A DNA stretch of 63,667 nt, filler included, from Bacteroidales bacterium (GCA_035389045.1; 7 parts of 5 records of this genome joined end to end with filler, not necessarily neighbours in it); one strand, 5' to 3'; shown: positions 49,037-60,402, numbered from the whole stretch's first letter. Numbers and translations are program-made. The notes: a model not told the origin generated them from the sequence alone.

Positions 49037-50410
49037 ATGAAAAAAATAATCCTGACATCATTTTTTATCATTTGTACCGCTTCTGTGTTGTTTTCTCAGA
49101 AAAATGATTCGATCGTAATCCGCAAGATTTTCACCGAAGCGCTTACCAATTATGCTGCTTACGACAACTTAGCTTATCTGTGTAAAAACATTGGCGGGAG
49201 AATAGGCGGTTCGCCGCAATCGCTCAGGGCAGCCGACTGGACAAAAAAAGTGTTAGCCGAAAATGGCGCCGACACGGTCTATACCATGGCTCATACCGTT
49301 CGTAACTGGAAACGTGGCACGAAAGAGACAGGCAAAATAATCCTGTCAGATAAAGGTCATTACGATCTTTCCGTATGTGCTTTAGGTGGCGCTGTGGGCA
49401 CCGGAAAAAAAGGCATGAAAGCCCGGGTGGTGGAAGTGAAAAATTTTGAAGAGCTTAAAAAACTGGGAAAAGATAAGGTGAGCGGGAAAATCGTTTTTTT
49501 TAACCGGCCAGCCAATCCCTCAACATATTCTACCTTCCCTGCCTATGGCGGCGCCGCCGACCAGAGATATGCAGGCGCCTCGCAGGCTGCATTGTACGGA
49601 GGAGTAGCTGCCATAAACCGGTCGCTCACCCTCGCCGATCACGATTTTCCGCATACCGGCATCATGCACTACTTCGACAGCACCAGCAAAATTCCGGCCT
49701 TTGCCATTGGTATAAAGAGCGCTGACCTGCTCAGCCAACTCTTAAAAGAAGATACTGCTCTGGAACTTTACCTGTTGTCCACCTGCTCCGAAAAGGAAGA
49801 TACGGCATCATACAGCGTTGTAGGAGAATTAACAGGAACGGTGTTTCCCGATCAGATCATCGTGGTGGGCGCTCATATTGATGCCTGGGACAATGGCGAA
49901 GGCGCTCACGATGACGGCGCCGGGGTAGTACAGGCAATGGAAGTTCTGAGGATTTTCAAAAAACTTGATATTAAACTCAGACACACCCTGCGTATAGTGG
50001 AATTCATGGATGAAGAAATGGCCCAGCGGGGAGGACGTAAATATGCCGAAACCGTCATGAGCAAAGCTGAAAAACATATTGCAGCCATAGAAAGTGATGC
50101 AGGAGGCTTTACGCCCCAGGGATTTTGCTATGATGCAGGTGAACAGGTGACCCAAAGACTTGCAGAGTGGAAACCCCTGCTGCTAGAATATGGTTTGTGG
50201 CTTTTTATTCAGGGACATTCAGCTGTTGACATCAGTTTCCTTAAAGACCTGGATATCCCTCTGTTCGGACTTATGACCGACTCACAGCGGTACTTCGATT
50301 ACCAACATGCCTCCACCGATGTTTTTGAAGCGGTAAACAAAAGGGAACTGCAACTTGGCGCTGCTTCCATGGCGGCTTTAGTTTATCTTATTGACAAATA
50401 TGGTTTTTAA
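49037..50410 (+). CDS. M28 family peptidase with PA domain (carboxypeptidase Q-like)
   Basis: GAHIDAWD, GAHDDGAG, MDEE, IESDAG, YFDYQH; signal peptide from MKKIILT. Confidence 0.92.
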   Translation: MKKIILTSFFIICTASVLFSQKNDSIVIRKIFTEALTNYAAYDNLAYLCKNIGGRIGGSPQSLRAADWTKKVLAENGADTVYTMAHTVRNWKRGTKETGKIILSDKGHYDLSVCALGGAVGTGKKGMKARVVEVKNFEELKKLGKDKVSGKIVFFNRPANPSTYSTFPAYGGAADQRYAGASQAALYGGVAAINRSLTLADHDFPHTGIMHYFDSTSKIPAFAIGIKSADLLSQLLKEDTALELYLLSTCSEKEDTASYSVVGELTGTVFPDQIIVVGAHIDAWDNGEGAHDDGAGVVQAMEVLRIFKKLDIKLRHTLRIVEFMDEEMAQRGGRKYAETVMSKAEKHIAAIESDAGGFTPQGFCYDAGEQVTQRLAEWKPLLLEYGLWLFIQGHSAVDISFLKDLDIPLFGLMTDSQRYFDYQHASTDVFEAVNKRELQLGAASMAALVYLIDKYGF

Positions 50411-50417
50411 CAGAACA

Positions 50418-51341
50418 ATGATTAAGAAAATTATTTTCAGCGTATTAAGTATCATGCTCGGCATGGTATTTATCATTTCCGGCCTGACCAAACTCTACCC
50501 CATCGAATTGTTTGAACTCACCTTTATTGACATGGGCGTTGCCACATGGAAAACCGCACCGCTCATCTCAAGGTTATTTATCGGTTTGGAGTTCTTCCTG
50601 GGCCTTATGCTCATTTTTAATGTCAAAATGAGGAGATTTACATTAAAAGCCGTCATTGCTTTATTGGCTGCCTTTACCATATATCTTTTTATACAGTTGT
50701 TACTTGAAGGAAACAAAGGAAACTGTAAGTGCTTCGGTAATTATTTAGAAATGACGCCCCTGGAATCCATCATAAAAAACATGGTGATGATGGCTGTTGC
50801 GGTACTGCTGTTATTAGTAAAACATGATATCACCTATAGGTTTCAGAAAATTATTATCATCGCCGGTGCAATTGTATCTCTTTGCCTGCCTTTTATATTA
50901 AATCCGCCCGATTTTATCGCCTCGTACCGTTTTCAGGAAGAAACTACCGGGTACAAACTGGAACTCGACACCCTGTACACAAGCACCGACATTGCAGCCC
51001 CGGAAACTGATTTGCGCAGCGGGAAACATATCATTGCGTTTATGAGCCTCAGATGTAAACATTGCAGGGTGGCTGCCTATAAAATTCATATTCTGAATAA
51101 ACAGAATCCACAGATTCCATTCTATTTTGTTCTGAACGGAAAAGAAAAAGATATGGATTCGTTTTTCGATGATACCAAAACAGAGGATATTCCCCATATC
51201 ATGCTGAAAGGAGAACGTTTTGTCATGCTTGCCGGATATAATCTGCCTGTGATCATGTTCGTCAATAATGCCGTAGTTGAAGAAAAAGTCAATTATATCA
51301 TGCTGACCAACGAGAAGATTGAAAAATGGCTGGGAAAATAA
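50418..51341 (+). CDS. DoxX/MauE family membrane protein with C-terminal thioredoxin-like domain
   Basis: GMVFIISGLTK, NCKCFG, ESIIKN; CKHC motif. Confidence 0.82.
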   Translation: MIKKIIFSVLSIMLGMVFIISGLTKLYPIELFELTFIDMGVATWKTAPLISRLFIGLEFFLGLMLIFNVKMRRFTLKAVIALLAAFTIYLFIQLLLEGNKGNCKCFGNYLEMTPLESIIKNMVMMAVAVLLLLVKHDITYRFQKIIIIAGAIVSLCLPFILNPPDFIASYRFQEETTGYKLELDTLYTSTDIAAPETDLRSGKHIIAFMSLRCKHCRVAAYKIHILNKQNPQIPFYFVLNGKEKDMDSFFDDTKTEDIPHIMLKGERFVMLAGYNLPVIMFVNNAVVEEKVNYIMLTNEKIEKWLGK

Positions 51342-51483
51342 ACTGGTGTGCCCTGCTTCAAAGTACTGCCTGATAACATGTTAATTCTTTAATAACAGTT
51401 TACCTGTTAAAAAGTTTTTTTATAAATATTTGTTGATTATAAAAATTTAATACTTTTGAGTTATTATTTCACTATTGTATAAC

Positions 51484-51583
51484 NNNNNNNNNNNNNNNNN
51501 NNNNNNNNNNNNNNNNNNNNNNNNNNNTTAATTAATTAANNNNNNNNNNNNNNNNNNNNNNNNNNNNNNNNNNNNNNNNNNNN
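51484..51583. other. Artificial contig linker
   Basis: 44 N + TTAATTAATTAA + 44 N. Confidence 0.97.
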
Positions 51584-52008
51584 CAGCAAAAAAGACGCAT
51601 AAAGATATGAAAAGATAAAATCAAAACAATTTCTTAATGTTTTGCAAACAAATTCATAAAAGAAACACATGGCCGGATAACGAAAATGGTTGTGAATTTA
51701 TTGTTACCCCGCATAATGCAGGAACTTTAATGAGGTGCGCATAATGAGTAGTGCTTGATTTGTAGCATAAGTCTTGTCTTTTGGATCCTAAATCAGGTTG
51801 AATATAAACGCATGATATATGTTGTTAAAAGGGTCGGCCGATATACATCAGAAATTAGAGTATTTTTGTCCGGTGTGAAAAAAAACGAAAAAAATTTTTT
51901 TATTTACGAAAATTCAATATCTTTAGTATATGAAAACAGTAATACGCTTAGAGAGATTTTGAAATTCAAAGGGTATGGCATATGAAATACTTGAAATAAT
52001 ACAAAAAA

Positions 52009-54024
52009 ATGAAAAAAATATTCTTTATTGTAATTGGCGTGATGATGATAAATTCTCACGCAGTACTGGGCCAAATGGCCATACAGTGGCAAAAATGTAT
52101 AGGGGGTACCGGCATAGACTTCGGGAAAGGTGTTTGCCTGTCTGCTGATTCTTCAGCGTACTTTGTTTCTGGTTATACCGCTTCTGCCAACGGCGATATG
52201 AGTATGAATTACGGTGGTATGGACATCTTTGTCAGTAAAATGGATCTGAATGGAAATTTACTATGGACAAAAGTATTCGGAAGCCCGGCAAATGATTATG
52301 TGCAGTGCATCATTTCCACTCATGATAATGGTATACTGGTGGCTGGCTTTACCAATGATTCGGTGACTCCGGGAACTCACGGGGGTTTTGATGTTTTATT
52401 ATTAAAATTAGATTCGGCAGGTAATCAGGAGTGGAGGCGTTTTTATGGCGGCGACGGTAATGAAGGGGATCATTTTTCGGAGATCATTGAAACATCTGAT
52501 TTTGGATATGTATGTATTACCGGCACTGGTTCAGGCGACGGCGATGTCGATACACTCTATGGAAGTTCTGATTTCTGGCTGTTTAAGACCGATTCACTGG
52601 GAAATATGATCTGGGAGAAAAACTTTGGCGGGACTGGTGATGAGGATGGTCATGCCATTCTTCCTATGCCTGACGGCGGGTTCATTCTGGCAGGGCATAC
52701 CGCTTCAAACGATATTGATGTTACAGGGCTACATAATCCTGTCAGCGGAATTCACGACGGATGGGTGCTCCGTGTGGATTCTTCTCTGAACATAAAATGG
52801 CAGAAATGTTTTGGTGGCAACGATTATGAGGTGCTCAGCCGGATGTGCCTGAATAATTCGGGAGTCCTTGTTTTAACAGGTTTTACATCATCCGTGGATG
52901 GTGATATATCAGGTAATCATGGACTGATGGATGCCTGGTCGGTCAAAGTTGATACGGCTGACGGCAGCCTATTGTCATCGAGGGTTTATGGGGGGGGCGG
53001 TAACGATTATGCTTATTTTTTGTTAGGAAACACTGATGGAAGTATTACTTACAGCGGCTATTCAAACTCGACCAACGGAAATGTAACAGGAAATCACGGA
53101 GGTATTGATTATTGGATATTTAAAACGGATAGCCTGGGAAATATTGTTTGGGGTAACTCATACGGAGGCAGTGGAAATGAGATGAATTTAGGAGGTATTA
53201 CATCCGCCCCAGGTGGCGGAAATGTCATCTGCGGATTATCGGGTTCGGTAAATGGTGATGTCACCGGAAATCATGGAGCCAACGATTGCTGGGTGATTAA
53301 AATCAATTGTCAGAATCCGGTTCCGTCTTTTTCTTGTTCTCCCAATCCTTCCTGCATGAGTGATACCGTTTTTTTTACCAATACCTCCACCGGGGCGCTG
53401 AGCTATGAATGGTATATTAATGGTGTACCAAACGGAACCGACACAAACAATCTGGCTGTTTTTCATAATGCCGGAAGAGATACCGTTTTGCTTATCACCA
53501 AATTTGACAATTGTTCGGATTCACTTCAGCAGATTATCAGTGTCAATGACCTCCCGATAGTGAATTTAGGGCATGATACCGCTATCTGCTCTACTTGTGT
53601 TTTATTACTAAATTCCGGAAATCCGGGAGCAGCGTTTTTATGGTCCACCGGTGACACTGCACAGCAAATTATGGTTGCAGGCCCCGACACCATTTGGGTG
53701 GAAGTAAGTAACGGATGTACCGGAAGCGATACCATAATTATCAGTATTGATACCTTGACGGGTGTAATGAATTCGGAGAAAAATGAATTCATGATTTTTC
53801 CGAATCCCACTACCGGTATTATCAATGTGAAAACGGGAACCCCGGATGAATATTACCTTGATGTTCTATTGCCGGATGGCAGGATAGTCAGCACTATGGG
53901 GCCTTATCAGGGAAATGCCGTTATTGATCTGAATTTGCCCGGTTCCGGGTGCTTTTTGGCCGTGATACGAAATGCAGCGGGGATGGTGGCGCTGAAGACC
54001 CTTTTGGGGTATAGGCCGCATTAA
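52009..54024 (+). CDS. Secreted beta-propeller repeat protein with PKD domain and T9SS-like CTD
   Basis: Repeats WxKx(F/Y)GGxxxD...DxWxxKxDxxGN; PKD FTNTSTGALSYEW; IFPNPTTG. Confidence 0.85.
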   Translation: MKKIFFIVIGVMMINSHAVLGQMAIQWQKCIGGTGIDFGKGVCLSADSSAYFVSGYTASANGDMSMNYGGMDIFVSKMDLNGNLLWTKVFGSPANDYVQCIISTHDNGILVAGFTNDSVTPGTHGGFDVLLLKLDSAGNQEWRRFYGGDGNEGDHFSEIIETSDFGYVCITGTGSGDGDVDTLYGSSDFWLFKTDSLGNMIWEKNFGGTGDEDGHAILPMPDGGFILAGHTASNDIDVTGLHNPVSGIHDGWVLRVDSSLNIKWQKCFGGNDYEVLSRMCLNNSGVLVLTGFTSSVDGDISGNHGLMDAWSVKVDTADGSLLSSRVYGGGGNDYAYFLLGNTDGSITYSGYSNSTNGNVTGNHGGIDYWIFKTDSLGNIVWGNSYGGSGNEMNLGGITSAPGGGNVICGLSGSVNGDVTGNHGANDCWVIKINCQNPVPSFSCSPNPSCMSDTVFFTNTSTGALSYEWYINGVPNGTDTNNLAVFHNAGRDTVLLITKFDNCSDSLQQIISVNDLPIVNLGHDTAICSTCVLLLNSGNPGAAFLWSTGDTAQQIMVAGPDTIWVEVSNGCTGSDTIIISIDTLTGVMNSEKNEFMIFPNPTTGIINVKTGTPDEYYLDVLLPDGRIVSTMGPYQGNAVIDLNLPGSGCFLAVIRNAAGMVALKTLLGYRPH

Positions 54025-54164
54025 CCCTGGTACTAAAGGTTTTTGATTTTTCCCCTGTTATTTCAATCAGCAACCAGACAGATGTGCATCCCTTGATATG
54101 TGCAGGATTGGACTACCCGTAAATTCACTATGGCAGTTTCGTATTACAATCAGCAGTTACTTAT

Positions 54165-54920
54165 CTAAATGATTTCCACGGTGTTCTCCGGTATCCAACC
54201 GTCGCTGCCATTTGCAATCTTAATTTCTATCCAGGCGCCCACCTTGTCGGTAATCTTTACCTTGGTGCCTTCGTGAATCACAAAAATATCCTGACTGTTG
54301 TCATCAGGTGAGCTTTTTGCATTGACGGTTGGTTCAAAAACGATTCCTTCCCGGGCTGTTTGAAAATTGCGGTACTGGCTGTAGGCGTTAATTCCTGAGA
54401 TGACGGCGGATACAAAGAACAGCAGCCCCATCCAGAAAAACAGCTTGCGTATGGCCACGGTATTACCGATCAGGTAAATTGCGGCCGAAACAAAAAAGGC
54501 AAACAAAAAAATCAGACTAAGGATGCCCCAGTTATCCACCGAAAACCACTGCTGAAAGCTTTCCCACCATCGTTTGTAAAAGGGCAGGGGCAGCTCTTCA
54601 ATTTTATCAATGATTTTGGTGTTGGCAACATTGATGTTAAAATTTATTTTTTCGTCAGAAGGATCGAGTTTTTTTGCTTTTTCGTAATAAAGCAGCGCTG
54701 AAGGATAATCATTGGTTTTAAAATATGCATTACCAAGGTTGTAATAAAGTTCGGACGATTGGAAATTGTTTTTGATAACCTGCTGGTATAATTCAATGGC
54801 CTCTTTAAATTTATTTCCGGTGTAGGCATTGTTCGCCCTGGCAATGATATCCTGATTGTCAGATGCGGATGTCAGCAGTCCCTGAAAAATAATAACGAAG
54901 AGTATGATTAGTTTTTTCAT
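54165..54920 (-). CDS. batE: BatE (TPR + TM + SH3-like)
   Basis: YYNLGNAYFK TPR; HEGTKVKI...GWIP SH3 domain; last gene of the Bat operon. Confidence 0.92.
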   Translation of the reverse strand: MKKLIILFVIIFQGLLTSASDNQDIIARANNAYTGNKFKEAIELYQQVIKNNFQSSELYYNLGNAYFKTNDYPSALLYYEKAKKLDPSDEKINFNINVANTKIIDKIEELPLPFYKRWWESFQQWFSVDNWGILSLIFLFAFFVSAAIYLIGNTVAIRKLFFWMGLLFFVSAVISGINAYSQYRNFQTAREGIVFEPTVNAKSSPDDNSQDIFVIHEGTKVKITDKVGAWIEIKIANGSDGWIPENTVEII

Positions 54921-54933
54921 GACAGGATTATTT

Positions 54934-54974
54934 TTTGCCACAGAGTAAAGAGTTTGCCACAGATTCACAGATTT
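54934..54974. repeat. Left repeat cluster flanking the GxxExxY gene
   Basis: tttgccacaga (54934-54944) and tttgccacagattcacagattt (54953-54974), inverted relative to 55395-55499. Confidence 0.75.
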
Positions 54975-55002
54975 TTATTTAAAGAAAATTATCGCAGATA
55001 TT

Positions 55003-55392
55003 TTAAGTTAAAATTACTCTTTTTGTTATTAATGAGCTCTCACCAAAATTTACGATTAAACCTAAAGGACAACCAGAAATCCCTAAATAATTAATAACCC
55101 AACTGTAATGTTCATCGACAATTCCTTTTTGTGCTTTTACTTCCAAAATAATTTTATCAAACACAACAAAGTCTGCAAAAAAGTGATGAGGCAGAATTAT
55201 TCCTTTGTATTCAATTTCATATTTTTTTTCACGTTGATACGGGATTTTATTCATTTTAAATTCATATTCAATAGCATCTTTATAAACTATTTCCAACAAA
55301 CCCCTTCCCAAAATCCGATGAACATCCATACAAATCCCTATTATTTGATAACTTTCATTTTGTAATGGATATTCCTTATCTGGATACTTCAT
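55003..55392 (-). CDS. GxxExxY protein (PD-(D/E)xK-like nuclease fold)
   Basis: GRGLLEIVY, ADFVVFDKIILEVKA, GLIVNFG. Confidence 0.93.
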   Translation of the reverse strand: MKYPDKEYPLQNESYQIIGICMDVHRILGRGLLEIVYKDAIEYEFKMNKIPYQREKKYEIEYKGIILPHHFFADFVVFDKIILEVKAQKGIVDEHYSWVINYLGISGCPLGLIVNFGESSLITKRVILT

Positions 55393-55394
55393 GT

Positions 55395-55499
55395 AATCTG
55401 TGAATTAGTGGCGTTTTTAATAATAAATCTGTGGCAATTTATTCTCATAAATAAATCTGTGAATCAGTGGCGTTTTTAAAATTAAATTTATGGCAATTT
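55395..55499. repeat. Two 46-nt direct repeats flanking the GxxExxY gene
   Basis: 55395-55440 and 55454-55499 (aatctgtgaatyagtggcgtttttaa...tggcaattt), five mismatches. Confidence 0.8.
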
Positions 55500-55502
55500 T
55501 CT

Positions 55503-57383
55503 TCATTTTAAATCCCTTTCGGTTTTACTGATGATCTCCACGGCTTCGTTGTATAAAGCCTCCATGCCCTGAGTTGCTTCGGCGGGAGCAAAACGTGCAA
55601 ATTCGCAATTATCAAGTATTTTAATATATTTATTGCGAATGTTTTCTTCAATATTTTTTTCGGACAGTGTTTTTCGGGCCAGATCTAATGACAGTTCGGA
55701 CAGGGGTATAGAGAATTTATCACATACATAACCCCATAAAGCCCTTGATAATTCCTGATAAAAATTCTCCCGCTGATTGGCTTTCATAAACACATTGGCC
55801 TGTTTCAGCCGTTTCAATGCCACTTTGGTAGCCTGTTTATGTTTCAGCAATGAAGTGTTGCTCTGCAACTTGATATGACGCCGCATCAGTACTACAAATG
55901 CAATAAACAGCGCTATGGGCAGCAAAAGCAACAAGATGTACAGGGGTGTTCCGAAAAAGAAATATCCCTTGGGATAAACTTCAAAATCTTTGTTTTCAAT
56001 GAATTTGATATCGCTTCCGATATACTTAATATCTTCTTTGTTACTGCTATATGAGCTTCCACCTCCAACGCCTTTGCCCACTTTTAGGTCTATTTCTCCC
56101 GAAGTTAGACTGACATAGTTTTTCTTGTTTTTATCGTAATAACTCAGGGTTACAGGTTTGAGTTTAAAATTACCCGGAGTACGCGGAATGATAAGGTACG
56201 TAAAAGTTTTGGATCCTGTTATTTCATTTGCTGACGAAATGTTTTCCGAAATTTGTGGGTCATATACTTCAAAATCCGGCGGAAACTCAATATTCAGGTT
56301 GTCGATCAGGCTGAGATTGCCTTTGCCACGGAGTGTCACCGTCAGGTTAACGGCATCATTGGCTTTGACTTCGGATTTGTCTGATTGGGCTTCCAGAGTC
56401 AGATTGCCAACCAGGCCGCAGAAATCATCGGGTTTGCCGGCCGGCAGATCAGAAACATTAACACTCAGCGCATTGGATTTCAGTTTTTTCTTCACCTCCT
56501 GGTAACCGCTGGTAAAAGAATTCTGAAAGAACGGATCGTTAAAAAACGGATCATTGAAAAAACTGCCGAACGGATTATTGGCTTTTCTCTTAACGAGTAT
56601 TTGTGCAATGGCTTCCACTTCGAGAGGATCTATGGTAAGTTTTCCTGTTTTTTGGGGAAACAGTGCCACCTTGCGGATCTCTGCAACCGTATATTTTTGT
56701 CCGTTCACCGTTTCATTATACTGAACAGTTTTATCTTTTTCTTTCAGCAGGTCATATGACCAGAACCCTGAGAACGAAGGTAGTTTCTGTATCGCATATT
56801 GTGAAACGGGCACCCGTGTATAGATCTTATAGGTCACGGTGAGCTGTTCGCCCTGTAATACATTAGTTTTGTCGGCAAAAACTTTTACGAAAAGGTCTGT
56901 AGCCGGGGCGTCGGCGGTTTGTGCCTGCTGGCTCTGCTGCGACTGCTGGTTCTGGGGCTGGTTGCCTGAGGCTGAGCCGGTATTTACAATTTCAATAGAC
57001 AGCGAATTGGAAGACATCCATTGCCCGTTGACTTTGACTTTTGCCGGATCAATCGTAAATTTTCCTGCTTTGGTAGGGGTTAAGGTATATATCCAGCTTT
57101 GGCTGCTTTGTACAACAGATTTTCCGTTAACAAAAGAGATGTTACTGCTTTGCGACTGATAGGGCCCGCTTGCATTAAACCCGCTGAACGAAGGTGGCTG
57201 AAAACTCTGGGCTTCGGCATCCGACAAGGTATAGGTTACCCTGATGCTGTTGTTGATCCCCGCACTGGCTGAATTGGATTTTGCTGTGAATGTCTGTGCT
57301 AAGGCAATTTTCGGGGCGCCACAAAAAAATATGGTTACAAGGATTAACGCAAGATATCTGTATGTACTGATGATTCCTTTCAT
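55503..57383 (-). CDS. batD: BatD
   Basis: Signal peptide; GEQLTVTYKIY, ALFPQKTGKL, FPPDFEVYDP, CEFARFAP; alternative start at 57398. Confidence 0.92.
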   Translation of the reverse strand: MKGIISTYRYLALILVTIFFCGAPKIALAQTFTAKSNSASAGINNSIRVTYTLSDAEAQSFQPPSFSGFNASGPYQSQSSNISFVNGKSVVQSSQSWIYTLTPTKAGKFTIDPAKVKVNGQWMSSNSLSIEIVNTGSASGNQPQNQQSQQSQQAQTADAPATDLFVKVFADKTNVLQGEQLTVTYKIYTRVPVSQYAIQKLPSFSGFWSYDLLKEKDKTVQYNETVNGQKYTVAEIRKVALFPQKTGKLTIDPLEVEAIAQILVKRKANNPFGSFFNDPFFNDPFFQNSFTSGYQEVKKKLKSNALSVNVSDLPAGKPDDFCGLVGNLTLEAQSDKSEVKANDAVNLTVTLRGKGNLSLIDNLNIEFPPDFEVYDPQISENISSANEITGSKTFTYLIIPRTPGNFKLKPVTLSYYDKNKKNYVSLTSGEIDLKVGKGVGGGSSYSSNKEDIKYIGSDIKFIENKDFEVYPKGYFFFGTPLYILLLLLPIALFIAFVVLMRRHIKLQSNTSLLKHKQATKVALKRLKQANVFMKANQRENFYQELSRALWGYVCDKFSIPLSELSLDLARKTLSEKNIEENIRNKYIKILDNCEFARFAPAEATQGMEALYNEAVEIISKTERDLK

Positions 57384-57426
57384 TTTCTTTGGTTGCATTA
57401 ACTTTATAACTCACTCCCAATCTCCC

Positions 57427-57616
57427 TCCCGATACCTATCGGGACTCCCAATCCCTTATTTAACTTATTTAAGTACAGACATTTCATGAAATGTCCCTAT
57501 CGCAATTTAGTCCCTATCGCAATTTAGCTATCGAACTCCCAACCACTTATTCAACTTATTCACCTTATTTGACCCATTTAACTCATTTAACTCATTTAAC
57601 TCATTTAACTCACTCA
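57427..57616. repeat. Intergenic mosaic of REP-like palindromes and tandem repeats
   Basis: tcccgatacctatcggga (57427-57444); gtacagacatttcatgaaatgtccctat (57473-57500); 17-mer tccctatcgcaatttag x2 (57494-57527); ~8 degenerate 9-mers actcattta (57545-57616). Confidence 0.8.
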
Positions 57617-57631
57617 CTCAAACCTTCCCCA

Positions 57632-58333
<702 letters not shown>

Positions 58334-58339
58334 ATCAGA

Positions 58340-59386
58340 TTACGAAATTATATGTTTTTTTGCAAAAAGGTGTACGTTTCGCGTGAGGCGGGTTTTTCGT
58401 TCCAGAATAATCAGGTCCAGAATTAATAATAACAATGCTGCAGCAACAAAATACATATATGTATTGCGGTATTCCGAAAAAACTTTGGCCTCGTATTCCT
58501 TTTTTTCCAGTTGGTTGATTTCATCAAAAATCTTATTTAATCCGGCATCGTTGGTGCTAGCCCTTACGTAGGTTCCCTTACCGGCCGCGGCTACCTGTTG
58601 GAGCATGGTTTCATTCAGTTTGGTTACCACAGTATTACCCGAATTATCTTTTTTATATTCTATATTGAATCCCGATATTCCAACGGGTATTGGTGCTCCG
58701 GCAACAGAGCCGATACCAATGGTATAGATCAGTATTCCATCATTTGACGCTGTGCGTGCAGCTTCTATCGCGTCATCCTCATGGTTTTCTCCGTCAGAAA
58801 TGACAATGATGGCTTTTTTGTTCTTACTGTTTTTGTCGAACGAAACAGCGGCAAGATTAATAGCTTCCCCGATGGCGGTGCCTTGTGCCTGCATGATGTC
58901 AGGGTCGGCAGATGATGCAAGAAGTTTGGCGGCGGCATAGTCGGTGGTAATGGGCAGCAATACCTGGGCTTTGCCCGCAAATACCACGATCCCGATCTGG
59001 TCGTCTTCAAATTTATCAACCAGCTTCGAGATGGCCATCTGGGAACGTACGATACGGCTGGGTTTGATATCCTGTGCCAGCATACTGTTGGATATGTCGA
59101 GGGCAATGATGAGATCCACACCCTTGCGCTTGGCGGTACCAAGTTTTGACCCGATTTTCATGTTGACCGCTGCGAATACCAGCAGGGTAAAAGCCAGCAT
59201 CAGAAGTACAAATTTCAGCAAAGGCCGTGTCGCCGAATAATCAGTGATGAGCCTGAATACCACAGGAGCGTCGCCGAACTTCTGCATGGCATTTTTTTTC
59301 CAGCGCAGCATGAGCCAGAACAATAAAATAAATACGGGTACCAGTACCAGGCCAATTAATAATATCAGATGATCAAATGCTACCAT
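58340..59386 (-). CDS. batB: BatB vWA protein
   Basis: ALDISNSM MIDAS; PITTDY; ISDGENHE. Confidence 0.92.
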   Translation of the reverse strand: MVAFDHLILLIGLVLVPVFILLFWLMLRWKKNAMQKFGDAPVVFRLITDYSATRPLLKFVLLMLAFTLLVFAAVNMKIGSKLGTAKRKGVDLIIALDISNSMLAQDIKPSRIVRSQMAISKLVDKFEDDQIGIVVFAGKAQVLLPITTDYAAAKLLASSADPDIMQAQGTAIGEAINLAAVSFDKNSKNKKAIIVISDGENHEDDAIEAARTASNDGILIYTIGIGSVAGAPIPVGISGFNIEYKKDNSGNTVVTKLNETMLQQVAAAGKGTYVRASTNDAGLNKIFDEINQLEKKEYEAKVFSEYRNTYMYFVAAALLLLILDLIILERKTRLTRNVHLFAKKHIIS

Positions 59387-59394
59387 AATCCTTA

Positions 59395-60399
59395 TCAGGG
59401 TATTTTTTTAAACATGGTCAGACGTAATATAATTTCAATGATCAGTATACCGATTGCTGCAAGAATAAAAACAAAATATTCGTCTTTTTTATTTTGAAAG
59501 CGTGTTACGTCGATTTTTGATTTTTCAAGTTTATTGATCTCGTCATAAATTTCTTCAAGTTTCTTTTTGTTCGTGGCTCTGAAATATTTTCCACCGGTCA
59601 TAGTGGCAACTTCTTTCAGCAGTTTTTCATCAATCTGTACGTCAATACTCTGGTATTGTATCCCAAAAGATGTCTGGAACGGATAAGGCGCCTTACCCAT
59701 GGTGCCCACGCCAATCGTATAAACACGGATGCCGAATTTTTTTGCAATTTCAGCTGCCGTCAGAGGATCGAGTGAGCCGGTATTGTTAATTCCGTCGGTG
59801 AGTAAAATGATGACTTTGCTGACTGCCTTACTTTTTTTGATATGGAATACCGATAATCCGAGGCCATCTCCCAGGGCAGTACCATCAGTGATCATACCGC
59901 TTTTTACCTGGCCAAAAAATGATTTAAGCACAGTATGATCTACGGTGAGCGGACATTGCATAAAAGCTTCCGCACTGAATATCACCAGGCCGATCCGGTC
60001 GTCCGGCCTGCCGTCAATGAACTGCATGGCAACATCTTTAGATGCTTCAAGGCGGTTAGGTTTAAAGTCTTCGGCAAGCATACTGCCCGAAATATCAAGT
60101 GAGATAAGGATATCAATACCTTCGACCCTTACATCGCTTTTGTCCAGGCTGCTTTGCGGGCGGGCAATGATAAATATCAGCAGGGCAATGAGCAACATCC
60201 GTAAAATAAAAGGCAGGTGTACCAGACGCTGGCGCCACGTTGCAGGGATGTCTTCAATACCGGAAGAAGATGAGTAACCCATGTCGGGCGTGCTGCTTTT
60301 GTGTTTATAGAAATAATGAATGACCAAAATCGGAATGATGAGCAAAAGCAACAGGTACCATGGTTGTGCAAGATATATATAAAGAATGCTCAGCATCAT
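59395..60399 (-). CDS. batA: BatA vWA protein
   Basis: ARPQ; LDISGSMLAEDFKPNRL; LLTDGINN; TGGKYFRAT. Confidence 0.94.
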   Translation of the reverse strand: MMLSILYIYLAQPWYLLLLLIIPILVIHYFYKHKSSTPDMGYSSSSGIEDIPATWRQRLVHLPFILRMLLIALLIFIIARPQSSLDKSDVRVEGIDILISLDISGSMLAEDFKPNRLEASKDVAMQFIDGRPDDRIGLVIFSAEAFMQCPLTVDHTVLKSFFGQVKSGMITDGTALGDGLGLSVFHIKKSKAVSKVIILLTDGINNTGSLDPLTAAEIAKKFGIRVYTIGVGTMGKAPYPFQTSFGIQYQSIDVQIDEKLLKEVATMTGGKYFRATNKKKLEEIYDEINKLEKSKIDVTRFQNKKDEYFVFILAAIGILIIEIILRLTMFKKIP

Positions 60400-60402
60400 T
60401 TT

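Noticed and set aside
9458..51583. Six identical N44-TTAATTAATTAA-N44 blocks as a biological repeat
   Set aside because: They are six-frame-stop linkers added when contigs were concatenated; ORFs running into them are simply truncated.
57545..57616. Intergenic tandem repeats (also 62378-62457 and 55395-55499) as CRISPR arrays
   Set aside because: Units are 8-9 nt or only two copies, with no unique spacers and no cas genes.
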